DNA of 64,000 nt from Antedon mediterranea (lineage: Eukaryota > Animalia > Echinodermata): NCBI RefSeq assembly GCF_964355755.1, contig NC_092679.1:20877432-20941431 (forward strand), given 5' to 3'. The translations under genes were made by a program, and so were the position numbers. Positions 11,828-23,555 of this stretch are shown piece by piece. The notes beneath the pieces were generated by a model. That model had not been told where the DNA came from, did no database searches, and saw nothing but the letters and a program-made list of their open reading frames with translations. Numbering within the stretch: the stretch's first letter is position 1; each line of letters opens with the position of its first letter.

Positions 11828-12284
11828 ATACTCATCCAACAGCGAGTAACCCGCCAATTACAGGATGGATAAACTATTTAATAATTTCACAAGACAAACA
11901 TATACACATACACATATAATAAATTAATATAATAATATTTACTTCAATGCACCAATAATTACTTACCTCAGAAAAAATCGAAGGTTTCACTTCCGCCGTG
12001 GTAACTCACTTCCGCCGTGGCATTCTGTAATTTGCCGTGGTGTTTCATTACTAATTTGCCGTGGTGTTTCAATACTAATTTGCCGTGGTGTTTCATTCTT
12101 AAGTTGCCGTGGTATTTTTGTTAAATTGCCGCGATGTTTTATTTTTAATTTGCCGTGATGTTTTATTTTTAATTTGCCGTGGCTTTTTTCAAATTGCCGT
12201 GGCTTTTTTCAAATTGCCGTAGCTTTTTTTGAAAGTTGCCGTGACATTTTTTGAAAGTTGCCGTGACACTTATAGGCCACCGTA
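11153..12284. mobile_element. Complete non-autonomous IS3EU-type DNA transposon, 1132 bp, with long repeat-built TIRs
   Basis: Termini TACGGTGGCCTATAAGTGTCACGGCAAC...GTTGCCGTGACACTTATAGGCCACCGTA. Exact 6-bp TSD GTTATC at 11147-11152 and 12285-12290. TIRs of about 330-360 bp are built of ~20-bp CACGGCAA repeats. TAY..RTA ends with a 6-bp TSD are the described IS3EU signature. Confidence 0.8.
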
Positions 12285-13110
12285 GTTATCACAGTACAAA
12301 CAATCATCAGCTGACCAAAATCAAGATGCCGATGCGTGAGAAAGGCGGGAGGAGCCATGATGGGAATAGAATTAATCACTATACTATGAATAGATTGACT
12401 ATGGTACGTCACAAGAGATAAATAATTTATTAGATGAAAGCAAGCAGCATTTCTAGTACTAGACACTGACATTTTTGCGAAAATGGAAACTCCACTATAA
12501 TTTATAGGTCCCAGCTGCTAGACGCAAAAAAGTTTGGGAAAAGAGTCTAACGGTTGAATGACAAATCCCAAAGCGTTTCTGGTATTTATGAGTCCCATGA
12601 TATTATATAAAACTGTAAATCAAAACAGTCCATGAAAGTTTTTGTTTGTACTAGTGACAGAAATTGAGTGTGTGTTTCATATCAAAGTTATTCACTTCTG
12701 TAACAAAAAAATAATATTTATTCACATATAAAAAGAGAAAAGAAACGTATAATTATAACTCAAAAACCATTGTCTGACAGACAATTTAAGTATTTTTTGC
12801 TGTAAATTACATTTTTTCAGGTAAAATAACTATTATGTGACAATAAAATGACACATTCAGAAATAAATTTGAAATAAAAAATACTTTTCAGAGGAACAAT
12901 ATATCTTTTAAAACTGTTACGTCAATAAGCGAGCAGCGTTTTTTGTAATAAATATTTCTTGTTTTATTTTATTTCATCAAAACCAACAGCAACGAAAGTT
13001 GCCACTTAAAGGTATGAAACAGAAAACAGATACAAAAAATACTCTATTATGAAGCAAACTTAAATAAAAATATGTAAATAGTAAAATTAGCCTATTGAGC
13101 ACGATTATTT

Positions 13111-13852
13111 AAAACAAGGCCAACAGCCATTAAGTCGCGTGCTACAATGCATAGTGATACCGGACCGCCGACAGACAGACCGACAGACAGACCGACAGAA
13201 AGACCGACAGACAGACAGACCGACCGACCGACCGACATAGTGAACTATACTGACCGAAATTACTGAACATGGTTAAAAATGTTGAAATGTTTAAAAACAT
13301 TTTTATTTTTTAATTTACACGTGCGTAGCCTGTCACTTTTGACGTGCTCGTATAACGTAATTTCGAGTTGAAAAGTAAGTCAAGAAAACAGAAATCGGGC
13401 AAAAAGAGTGCGCAATAACATTTAACGCGCAGTGCGCGCGCAAAAATATGCGCACTCATGGCAATTTTGTAAACGCTTAAAATTGCCTGAAACCAGAAAC
13501 GTACTCTTATTTCATCGAAAATAAATTTTGACAATTTTAAGCGCGCGTACGCATGCGTTACATGCGCTACACACGTAATTGTATTGCCATATGATGATTT
13601 ATGCCCTGAAATTTATGAGTACCAAATTTTGAATTGTGATTCATATATGGTTGTGAAGATATGATTACAAACGTGATTTTGTTAAATCGTGCGTAGACCG
13701 CGTAATTTTTTATTGCGCACCGTCAAAACATAACCATAAGGAATATACTGTGAAAAATTGACCTAGCTAGATTAAACTGATATCAAGATAAGGTCAGAAA
13801 GCGATAAAACGCATAGTGATACCGGACCGACAGACCGACAAACAGACAGACC

Positions 13853-13883
<31 letters not shown>

Positions 13884-13936
13884 CGACCAACCGACCGACA
13901 TAGTGAACTATAGAGTCGCTTCCACGCGACTAAAAA
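13111..13936 (+). mobile_element. Helentron-associated (HINE/DINE-1/Pearl-like) element with GACA/GACC microsatellites
   Basis: Starts AAAACAAGGCCAACAGCCA..AGTCGCGTG, contains two (GACA/GACC)n tracts, and ends in the stem-loop AGTCGCTTCCACGCGACT + AAAAA. Internal modules such as GACGTGCTCGTATAACGTAATTT are reverse-complement relatives of the 3-6 kb array. Confidence 0.75.
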
Positions 13937-14242
13937 GAATACAATGAGTCTTGAATGAAGAATAACTATTGAAAAAAATATCAACATTTAATATGACCTT
14001 TAAAAGAAACAGAACAAATGATGGAGAAATATAAATAAACCATGAGAAAAACTGCACTCAGGAGTAAATGTAACCAGTGTTAGGTATTAAAAAACAAAAA
14101 ATAACCAAGTGAATAATTAGAAAATTAAAACCACCGGAAAGAAAGCCATAGTAAAGGTTCATCAGAGTACGTCTTTTCGCTACCATTTTGGTTACTTTTA
14201 CTGTTCTATTTCTCTTCATGCATGTTCCACTCTCAATGTTCA

Positions 14243-14536
14243 TCACACTGTTCTATTTCTCTTCATGCATGCCTTTTTCGTCACCAATTTGTTTTTTCCA
14301 ATAGGTTGTTTGATTTGTTGCACTGCAATACCACAAACGCACTCATGAGTAGCACAGTTTCCTTTTTCGTCACAACAATAAATATGTAGTTTCAATGTAT
14401 TATTCTCAACAACAATACATTTGGGGTCTCCACAAACGCACTCAAAAATTGCTCATTTCACACATTTCACACGTTTCAAGTGGTCACCTTTTCCAATATT
14501 TATTTGGGGTGTTAGGTAAGTTGCAATATATTTCAT
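14243..14536 (-). pseudogene. Decayed Cys-rich small ORF
   Basis: ATG at 14536 to TGA at 14243 with one in-frame TGA (14453-14455): MKYIATYLTPQINIGKGDHLKRVKCVK*AIFECVCGDPKC...HECVCGIAV...; contains an internally repeated ECVCG. Confidence 0.3.
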
Positions 14537-15033
14537 AATAATACCATTAACGGTTAAAAATTTCATAGTATACTTGTCGTGTTATTTAAAACACTTGTAA
14601 TTTGCAATATATTTCATATAAAAATTGTCTATATATTTTATTAACAGATGATGTAGGTTAATAGTTATGAACCATATTTACACCGAAATTGTAGCAAGGT
14701 AGAAATTCCTGTGTTTAAATATAAACATAATCGCCTAGTTACTTCGATCGTACATCATTTTCAAGTCAAGCCACTGATTACCTGAGTCTCATCTCCCGAG
14801 TCCCAGCGCTCGGTAGTAGAGAATCACGCATAAAGTCGTGCATGAGAGTTTGGTGTAATGATTATATATCCAGCACAGTTGAGGTCTTTTTTTTATTATT
14901 AGGTGATGGTATTAAATCTTTATTATTATTTTCTTTTTATTGTTTCTGTACACTATTTTGTGTAACAATTATCTCAAAAAGGTTAATGTCAATGATTACC
15001 AAAATTTCAGAATATCTTTCAAATAATATAACT

Positions 15034-16020
15034 TAATCCTAATCAGCTTTCCAGCGTGATCACTCATCCGTCCGTGACGTCATTTATACGCCATTTTGTG
15101 AAATCACATTATCAATCATATCTCCATAATTCATTATGACATATTAATGAAATTCACTACAGGTAAACTTCGATTCTTCGACTTCTAACTAAGCGCACGA
15201 TTCTTAAAATGCGTAAAAAATAAATTTGATGTATAAATCACATTCTACTCACAATCCTTAGTACATTCACCAATTTTGAGTCCATTCCGACTTAAAATAA
15301 CGCTGTACGAGCACGTTAAAAATGACAAAATGCGCACACTAATTGTACAAAAGTGCTAAAAATGGTAAAAAATAAGGACTTTTTAAAATGAATATAACTC
15401 TTCTTATTTTTAATTTGGTTTTTTCGAACTTCCGTCTTATCTGAGTATTATCTGTTTTAATCTAGTCTATCTTTATTTTTATACTCATATATTTTTATAT
15501 TGTATGTTTAATTGTTTTAAGGATGCACCATTATTATGTGTGCCGCTGTTCAAAAAGCGTTTTCCAAATAAATTATTATTATTATTATCATTATAATGGC
15601 AGGTGACCCCCAATTTTTTTAACTTATTATGGAAGCCAATAAATTGTAGATACAAATGTATATACACATTAGACGTACAAAATGGTATGACGTCATCAAA
15701 TGGCCACTTGAATTTAAAAATTAGGAATTTTTATCTTTTTGTGTGGGTTATCACATTCAATAGAGCGCATCTCCGTTATTTGAGCCCGATTTTCGCACAA
15801 CTTTTAGTATGTGCTTGCTCAATTAATTATTCTTCTAATGAGTTGTCAACATTTTTATTTTGATGACGTCATCACGCGTAAAAACTTGAATAACCTAGGT
15901 CGTGTAATTTCAGCTACACCATACATTAGAATATCTTATAGCTCTTCAGAATTAAAGGTGACCTTGAAGATTATAACTTATTATGAAAGCTGATGAAATG
16001 TAGATATGAATTCATATTAA
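15034..16020. mobile_element. Diverged relative of the HINE-like unit family
   Basis: Shares blocks with the 3-6 kb units: TACGAGCACGT, TGACGTCATC..ATGGCCAC, ATCACATT.AATAGAGCGCATCTCC, TGTAGATA.GAA. Confidence 0.55.
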
Positions 16021-16199
16021 AATTCATAATAAAAAAAAACGCTGTTATTTCTGTTGGTTACGCTTTGTTGCTCGGCATTTTCATCGATCGAAGATTTCTT
16101 CCGTAACAATTTTAATTTTTAATTAAAAATCAATATAGAAATAAATGTAATGGAGGGAGTCTGCTCTTCAATGCTTCAGTTCTTCTTCATTGCTACGAT

Positions 16200-17833
16200 C
16201 AGTGGCGTATCCAGTAGGGGGGGGGGGCCCCCCCCCCTGATTTCGTTTCCGTCGGCACATCATCGCGGCTGTCGGCAAACAAAGGTGCCGGGGAAAAAAT
16301 ATTTATTCTGACAATAATTGAACTGTAAACATAATTCTTTTGAGTGTTTGTTTGTTTATTTACATATCATATCATCATTGATCCCTTCAGATCAACTATT
16401 TTTTATTTTCATTACATCTAACGAAACACGTAAAAAATGTGTAGCACGTACGTACGGCCGTACGCGGTAGATTGTTTACTCTCAAAGAACTTAAGTTCTT
16501 TGCCTTACCCCAAAGAACTTACAACACAAGAATCTCCTGTTCTTCAATTTGCATTCAAAACACAGTATCGGAAGTACAGGGTTAAAAGGTCAAACTGGGC
16601 GACGCCATTTCACAGCATGGAGCAGCGCCCCCTCCAAACTAGGAAGTCAATTACTCTATCCCCCCTAGAGTATTAGCAGATCCCCTCTATGATTTTGACT
16701 TTCTAATTTGATGCGGGCGCCCTACTCCTCAGTCAATTATTCTACCCCCCCCCCCCCCCCACTAGAGCATTAGCAGATCCCCTCTATGATTTTGACTTTC
16801 TAATTTGATGCGGGCGCCCTACTCCATGGCTCACAATGGCGCCACCCATAGCTCTATTCTATCCCACAATGCCTTTCGAAATTGTTACGCGCTCCGGACG
16901 AACAGGAGATTCTTGTGTTATAAGTTCTTTGCTTACCCTAAAACCTTGTTTTTGCATGCAGTTGAGCCTCTCATGACCTGGGATTTGTATGTCTTCCTAC
17001 GCTAAGAGATTATAATTATTGTTCCACATGCCATGTGCTTTTTTGTCTAAGATATATTTATTATAAGTGCCAAAAACCCGTTTTTTTTTCTCGATATGAG
17101 GCCTTTATTATTCAAAATTTTTAAAGAAAAAGCACATATACCATAAAAAATATCCATGTATTTCATTTTTGGAACAGAATATTCCGTGAGGCTCAACTAC
17201 AAAACCACCATTTTGTGATATGATGTCATCGTAAGCCAATCAAAGCTGAGCTTTCTCGCGATTGGCATTGCTCACGGTTGAATGATTTAGGATTCTAGCT
17301 GATTTGATTGGTGGATGCGAATCACCCGCAGCGGAATGTTTTCTCTCGCGCGTGTACCATGAATCACCTCACGACACTACACAAAGTTAGAGCAATGAAT
17401 TTGTCCGAATTCCGTTAAGTAAACAACTTTATATATTTTATAAGCATTTAATAACATGTTTTATTGATATTTCCAATGGTGATATATAAAATAAATTACT
17501 AAAAAAATTGTTTCGCGCGAAATTGTTTTACTTCTTTCGTGGCTAAAAACGATCATTTTCGGCGATGTTTTAGACCCTATATTTCGAAAACTACAAATCA
17601 AATTTTCCTAATTCTTTCTTTATTGTAATATGAATAAAACATACTAACAGATAATGTTGGTTTGGTTTTAATTTTGCATCGTTATACCATATAAGGCAAT
17701 ATGATTATGTAATCCTAGAATATATATTGTTCAGAGACGTCGTGTATGTACAGATAATGACACCAATTTTGTCGGCAAATTGGCAATTCCCGCCCCCCCC
17801 CCCCCCAACTTCAAAATCCTGGATACGCCACTG
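16200..17833. mobile_element. Non-autonomous hAT-like element, 1634 bp, containing a nested P-like MITE
   Basis: Perfect 15-bp TIR CAGTGGCGTATCCAG / CTGGATACGCCACTG. Exact 8-bp TSD GCTACGAT at 16192-16199 and 17834-17841. Poly-G/poly-C subterminal tracts. Confidence 0.9.
16511..16931. mobile_element. P-element-superfamily MITE (copy 1)
   Basis: About 32-bp TIR CAAAGAACTTA.AACACAAGAATCTCCTGTTC, 7-bp TSD CTTACCC, and an internal ~85-bp tandem duplication. Near-identical to 40555-40963. Confidence 0.85.
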
Positions 17834-18172
17834 GCTACGATCACAAACGCCGTGCCTGTGGCACGTAGCGGATTTTTTCGCTGATTATGCAATAATTTTT
17901 TTTTTTTTTTTTATTTTGCGTCTGTGGTATTTACAGTACAGTTACATATTACTACATAGTAATGTAAAATGACCACTATGAAAGAGAGTACTAAAGTTAA
18001 GAGACCGGTATTCTGTGACTATTTGCCCATCGCGCTTGACTGATTTTCACGTAATAACTAACTAATTTCAACATTTTTCTCTCTTTCAGGTTCGTATATT
18101 AAGTCTGAAGTTACATTAGCCATTCCTCCCAGCAGGACGATACGGTAAGCAAAGTAGCAAGCAACGGAGGAA

Positions 18173-18442
18173 ATGGCTAGTACTGCATCATGTCACCTAG
18201 AGTGGGACATACAATTCAAAAGTGACATACATTTCAAAAGAGTCGAAAATCCAATTGGCTCTTCGTCCTGCCACATAGAATAGCGCATAGAATGTGCAGG
18301 AAAGTTGGACGTGGAAATGGAAAGCAATGATATAGAAATGTCAGATGTGCAGGAGATGGAACATGATGACGTAGAAATGGAGGACCTGTCAGAAATAGAA
18401 AGTAATGATGTACAGATGTTAAACCTGTCGGAAAGCACCTAA
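18173..18442 (+). pseudogene. Interrupted acidic-repeat ORF
   Basis: MASTASCHLEW...HIE*RIECAGKLDVEMESNDIEMSDVQEMEHDDVEMEDLSEIESNDVQMLNLSEST*, with an in-frame TAG at 18281. Upstream acceptor TCTCTTTCAG at about 18089. Confidence 0.3.
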
Positions 18443-18531
18443 ATGAACGGTATAATAATATATGCAAAGGCCTCATTCAGATCAGAAACAGCTAAACCTC
18501 TAATTTATAGGTCCATGGCTAAACCAATTAC

Positions 18532-18723
18532 AAACAAGGCCAACAGCCATAAGTCGCGTGCTCTCAGAAAAAAATGAACTTTCAAAAAGTAATGTACTTT
18601 AAAACTTTTCTGTACATTAAAACAGTTCAAAAAGTACAGAAAAGCGATAAAACGCATAGTGATACCGGACAGACAGACAGACCGACATAGTGAACTATAG
18701 AGTCGCGTCCACGCGACTAAAAA
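18532..18723 (+). mobile_element. Internally deleted HINE-like copy of the 13111 family
   Basis: Same 5' end and GACA tract; perfect 3' hairpin AGTCGCGT-CC-ACGCGACT (18701-18718) followed by an A tail. Confidence 0.75.
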
Positions 18724-19899
18724 TGCAAATATATATATTATATCCGTGACGAAATATCAAAAATAGAAACGAAAGGAAAGAGGAAGATTGGATTTGAATA
18801 TCAAGCGAAAACAAAAACAATTTTAGACTGCTAAAATAAAAAGAATGTTAAAAGTGAAGTTATAAATATTGTTGCTGATTGAATTCATTATTGTTCAATC
18901 GAAAAGCGTTCCACTCACTCTTCTTTTTGTGGGCATATCATGCTACGGATATTATTAATTAATTAATTATTAATTGTGCCATGTGCCAATTTTAATTTAC
19001 ATTGGTTATGTTTTATAAAAATATAATAAAATTGTATAATTTTAAATAAAAATGACAATTTATAATACAATCTTTTAATTTTTCTGCTTAAGATGTATAT
19101 TTCTGTACTATAAATACTAAAGTCTATTGTAATGTAATTTAAGAATCAAAAACATAGACATGCATATATTTATACATACATAGGTATGTTTAAAAATTTA
19201 TTTATTTTTAGGTATTGTTATTTGTAAGCAATATGTATGGGTATAGGGTGCCTATTATGCTGAATCGTATCCCAGGTAGTCCTTATCCTCTTGATCGGTC
19301 TCTAAATGTTTGCAATGTAATCATACATTCCATTTTACCTATTAAAAAATGTTGTTATAGGTAGTATTTTGTCATTTCGAAAAAAAAAAAACACGCCATA
19401 TATTTGAATATCGATAACGTTATTGTATAACAGATTAAGAAATCATGATAAATGTGATGAATTAACATTGTTTTATTCTAGTAGTATAGGATTGTTCCCA
19501 TAAAACAAAAATAGAACCAACATTGTCATATTTTAAAATTGATTTTATAGGCATTTCTTTTTTTGTAATCCAAAGAGGAACTGAAAAAAAGGATAAAACT
19601 TAGCTGGTTGATCAACTCGCCTTAATTATCTAATTTTAGTGTAGGTAATAAGGTAAATATCTGTGTAATGGATCATTTATCGAAGCCAAATTGTAACCAT
19701 CAAATGGACATTGCTTTTTTATTGTAAATTAATATTTTCATGAATAAAAATAATAGTACTGTAGTTGCCTAATGATTTCATTGTTATTTGCGTGTACTGT
19801 GTACGGTACCGTGAATGCATCACTGAAAATTTAAACATATTAGCGTGTACGATGAAATGATGATCAACACATAGAAATCACCCAACCGGAACGCCAATA

Positions 19900-20106
19900 A
19901 TGTCATCAAATTATACAGCAAATAGAGGGCGGTATTCAATTTCCACTAACGAAGAAGTAGTTTTCATTTGCACATGCAAGCGCAAGAATTATGCGCTCGT
20001 GCGCATACTCGAAGCAGTCAGGCGAAACGCTTGTCAAAAGTGCAGAAGGCCACTAATTTGGAAAATAAAAAAATGGTGGACAGAAGAGTACGACTTCTAC
20101 AATTAA
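19900..20106 (+). CDS. Small orphan ORF with CxC...CxxC putative zinc ribbon (68 aa)
   Basis: ATG-initiated, locally GC-richer, with FICTCKRK...ACQKCRRPL. No recognised homolog. Confidence 0.3.
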   Translation: MSSNYTANRGRYSISTNEEVVFICTCKRKNYALVRILEAVRRNACQKCRRPLIWKIKKWWTEEYDFYN

Positions 20107-22128
20107 AGAATATATTTGTAGGCCTACTTAAGCAGTTCTGTAATTTCTGACGATGAGTCAAATGGACCTCGCGTCCGTAACTATTTTCTTTTTTTCTATA
20201 TAAATTTTATCTAAATATATATATTAATTTTAAAATTATTATAAGGTTGTAGCTAATTTTAGTACCTAGGTATAGTTTTTATAGACCAAGGAAACTTAAT
20301 ATCCGGAGGCAGTGGTTCTAATGAAAGATTTCAAAACACTGAAAAGCAAGCACACATACACTCAAGAATAAAGGAAACATATCATAGGACGGAAGAATCT
20401 AACTATATTATTATAATATTATTATAAAGAAATTAATTCTTGAGGGCTTAAGAAAAATAGGCCTACCCGAGAGGAACACGGAACGGAAGGCTGGCACTTG
20501 GTTTTGCGACGATCAGTATATATCTCCCCATCTTATACCATGGAGTAATTATTACTCCGGCCATGCTTAATACTGTGAAATATCGAATTTATATTTGACT
20601 GAGTTTCACGAAAGCTTTCTGTTTAACTTATCTACTTAATGCTGTGGGGGAAAGGAAAGAAGTGGGTGTGTAACAACAAGTACTTCTTTTTGAAATGTAA
20701 AATAAACTAAAAACAACTATGTTTTTTTTTTTGACACACTTCATTTTGATGCTAAATGTCGGCGGTCTTGTTTTTTTTTAATGTCAGGACAGGCACCACC
20801 TTTTCCAACGGTATTCGACTTTGCCTATACATTGTCGGATTCCCTTTTTTATTTATAGATTTGTACCGCTCTCCGGGGGCTCTTCGTTTGGCCTCATCGC
20901 CTATGCTATTTTCTTTCCCTACCGGAGAGCATTTTTCTGTTTATTCATTGCAATGCTGTTTCCGGTTTTCGCGTGGAGAATTTCTTTTGTCTATTACTGT
21001 ATGAGTGTTTTTCTGCTGTTTCCTGTTTGGGCAACCCTTTTTCACTATTTATAGATTTCTATTATCACACTTACCGTGACGTTTTTATTTTGATAACGCT
21101 TATGAATCGGGTTATAAAAGTTTCATACGAAAAACTTGTAAACAAGGAAATAACAACAACAGCAAATTATGTTACCATCGTGACTCAGGGCCGACTCAGT
21201 TGTAAACATACAGCGAAACAAGGGACAATGCAGCAACCTATCCTATTATTATTTTACTCACAAAAAAGCAGCAACATTATTGGATGAAGACATTTGTCAA
21301 CCAACCAATCATGGAGCTACCTCTCCATGAACCAGCTTCAGCTTTTGAGTTCCAGTGTAGTAAATACTGTAGGCATACAAGTATTTTTGCCGATATGGTT
21401 ATATTGTGTGTTTACATTGGTATACTGTACTTTCATACTATAATACGGTAATTATTTTCATATTGTCAGGTTTCGATCGTCAGATTTCACTTTTTGGTAC
21501 AATCAATAACCTGGTTCGTATGTAATGTTTATACTGTTTAATATTTTCTTGTAGTCAGGTTTCCGCTGCTGTAGATGTCACAGAGTCAATTGTTTAATTT
21601 ATCCTTATCCTAATCCATTGAATTTACACGTTTCTTTTCCCCCATTTTCGCCAGAAGCGATTTATATGTAATTTACTTCACTGAAAACTTATATCTGCGT
21701 GGACATTGACATACCCTTGATCTGAAGATAAGTGTCCGAAATGTAATTATTCAATCTATAAGTCAAGTTGCTGGACTAACCAAATTTCTATCACCTATTT
21801 TTATTGGGGAGAGCTCGATTTAAAGGTTTGGTCATTGTTACAATGGTCACTCTTTCCTATAGGCTTACTGCGAATAATAGAAAATAATTGTTATGTTACA
21901 CAGGGATTTATGTCTGATTAATTACATTTTTAGTACGGTATCTTGTCATCATTCTTGGTGGAGAAAATACGCCATCCCGACCCTGGCCTTGTTCATTATC
22001 ATCTTTAAAATAAACATATAATACCGTATTATTGGAATAACGCCTCGCTTTGAATAAACGCGCCCCTCCTCTCCCACTTTACGGTAATACATTTGTTTTA
22101 TTTGGTAGAGTTTCAATTATTTATGCAG

Positions 22129-22905
22129 ATGATGGAGCCTGAGAAATATCTCGAACAGTCGGAAAGCGAAGATAATGATGATGAAGAAAATATCGGTGTA
22201 CCGATACAAGTATCGGAGGAAGGAGGTAGGCCTAGTATTGAGAGCGTTCGAGTCATATCACAACTAGGAATTGACGAAAATCCGACAGAAAAGCAAATAA
22301 ACTACGAGAAAGAAAATGGTACCTGTATACCACAGGAAGGACACAGTGTTAAGAGTATTGAAGTGTTGGAGGAACGAACGAAATCACAACCAGGAGGAAT
22401 TCCCAAACAACCGAAAAGGCAAATAAACGATGAGAGAGAAGATATCGGTATGCCGACTCAACTATCAGACAAACGAGATATGGTTGCGAGATCGAATAAA
22501 GTAAAGTCACAATCCGGAGGAATTTCCAAACAGCCAAAACGCCAAATAAACAATGAGAGAGAAAATATCAGTATGCCGATTCAAGTATCGAAAAAACGAG
22601 ATATGGTTTCGAGATCGAATAAAGTAATGTTACAATCAGGAGGAATTCCCAAACAACCAAAAATGCAAATAAACGACGAGCGAGAAAATGTCGGTATGCC
22701 GATTCAAGTATCGGAGGAAGGAGATCGTGTTGAAAGTATTCAAGATACGTCACAACCAGGAATACAAGAACAAGAAATTTCATTCCAAATAAATGAATTC
22801 TGGCGGAGCATGCGCGTCAGACGACCTGTTCAAGAAGTGGGGACCGGAGCTGTCGTGTTTCATGATCCTCTCTATTTGAGCATTGAAGAGCAGAACAAAA
22901 ACTAA
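22129..22905 (+). CDS. Orphan hydrophilic protein (or terminal exon) with 41-aa tandem repeats
   Basis: Long open frame in AT-rich DNA with acceptor-like TTATGCAG directly before ATGATG. 123-bp repeats at 22381, 22504 and 22627 (SQxGGIxKQPKxQINxERExxxMPxQxS), plus degenerate copies. Confidence 0.5.
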   Translation: MMEPEKYLEQSESEDNDDEENIGVPIQVSEEGGRPSIESVRVISQLGIDENPTEKQINYEKENGTCIPQEGHSVKSIEVLEERTKSQPGGIPKQPKRQINDEREDIGMPTQLSDKRDMVARSNKVKSQSGGISKQPKRQINNERENISMPIQVSKKRDMVSRSNKVMLQSGGIPKQPKMQINDERENVGMPIQVSEEGDRVESIQDTSQPGIQEQEISFQINEFWRSMRVRRPVQEVGTGAVVFHDPLYLSIEEQNKN

Positions 22906-23555
22906 AATGGATATTTGTATCTGTAAAATAGGCCTCGCCTAGTAGACCTGTCTGTGAAATCATATTATGAAAATATTCAAGACAAACAATTAACAATAAA
23001 GATAACTTAGAATGTCTCAATATATGTAATTGTTATATTTTGTATAGGCTTACGTCAAGGATTTCTTTTTAGTATTGGTTTTTCAAAGCTATTCTCTGCT
23101 GCTATACGCAGTCATATTATAATTGGTAATAAGGTTCTCCTAAAAAAACTAAATAATTAGCATCTGACGTTTACAATTTTATACTATATATATATATATT
23201 AAAAAAGTTATATTATTAAATTACGACTATGTAATATAGTACATATTATGTTTATTGTTGGTAAAGATAACAATGCAATGTTAATATTAAAATGAAAAGA
23301 CATGCAAGTCATTAATTCATAATTTTCTTGGGAGATTTCGTTGGTTCCAAAACCTTGGTGTGAACTTTTTAAATATTTCTTTCTAACTTTACTACCTATA
23401 TGAATAGTAAATATAGATTAAAATATTTAATGTTAGTATATTTTAATACTGTATAATTATGCTTACTTTTGTGACATTGAAATTTGTAGCTTTAAAATGG
23501 TAAATTGTACATATTATATATTATGATTCTGTATTGTGTGTCGCTTTATATTTTT

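Noticed and set aside
22024-22085. TA-CCGTA...TACGG-TA possible mini pogo-like remnant (also Harbinger-like ends at ~34206 and ~44353)
   Set aside because: Inverted termini are too short or degenerate to support a feature call.
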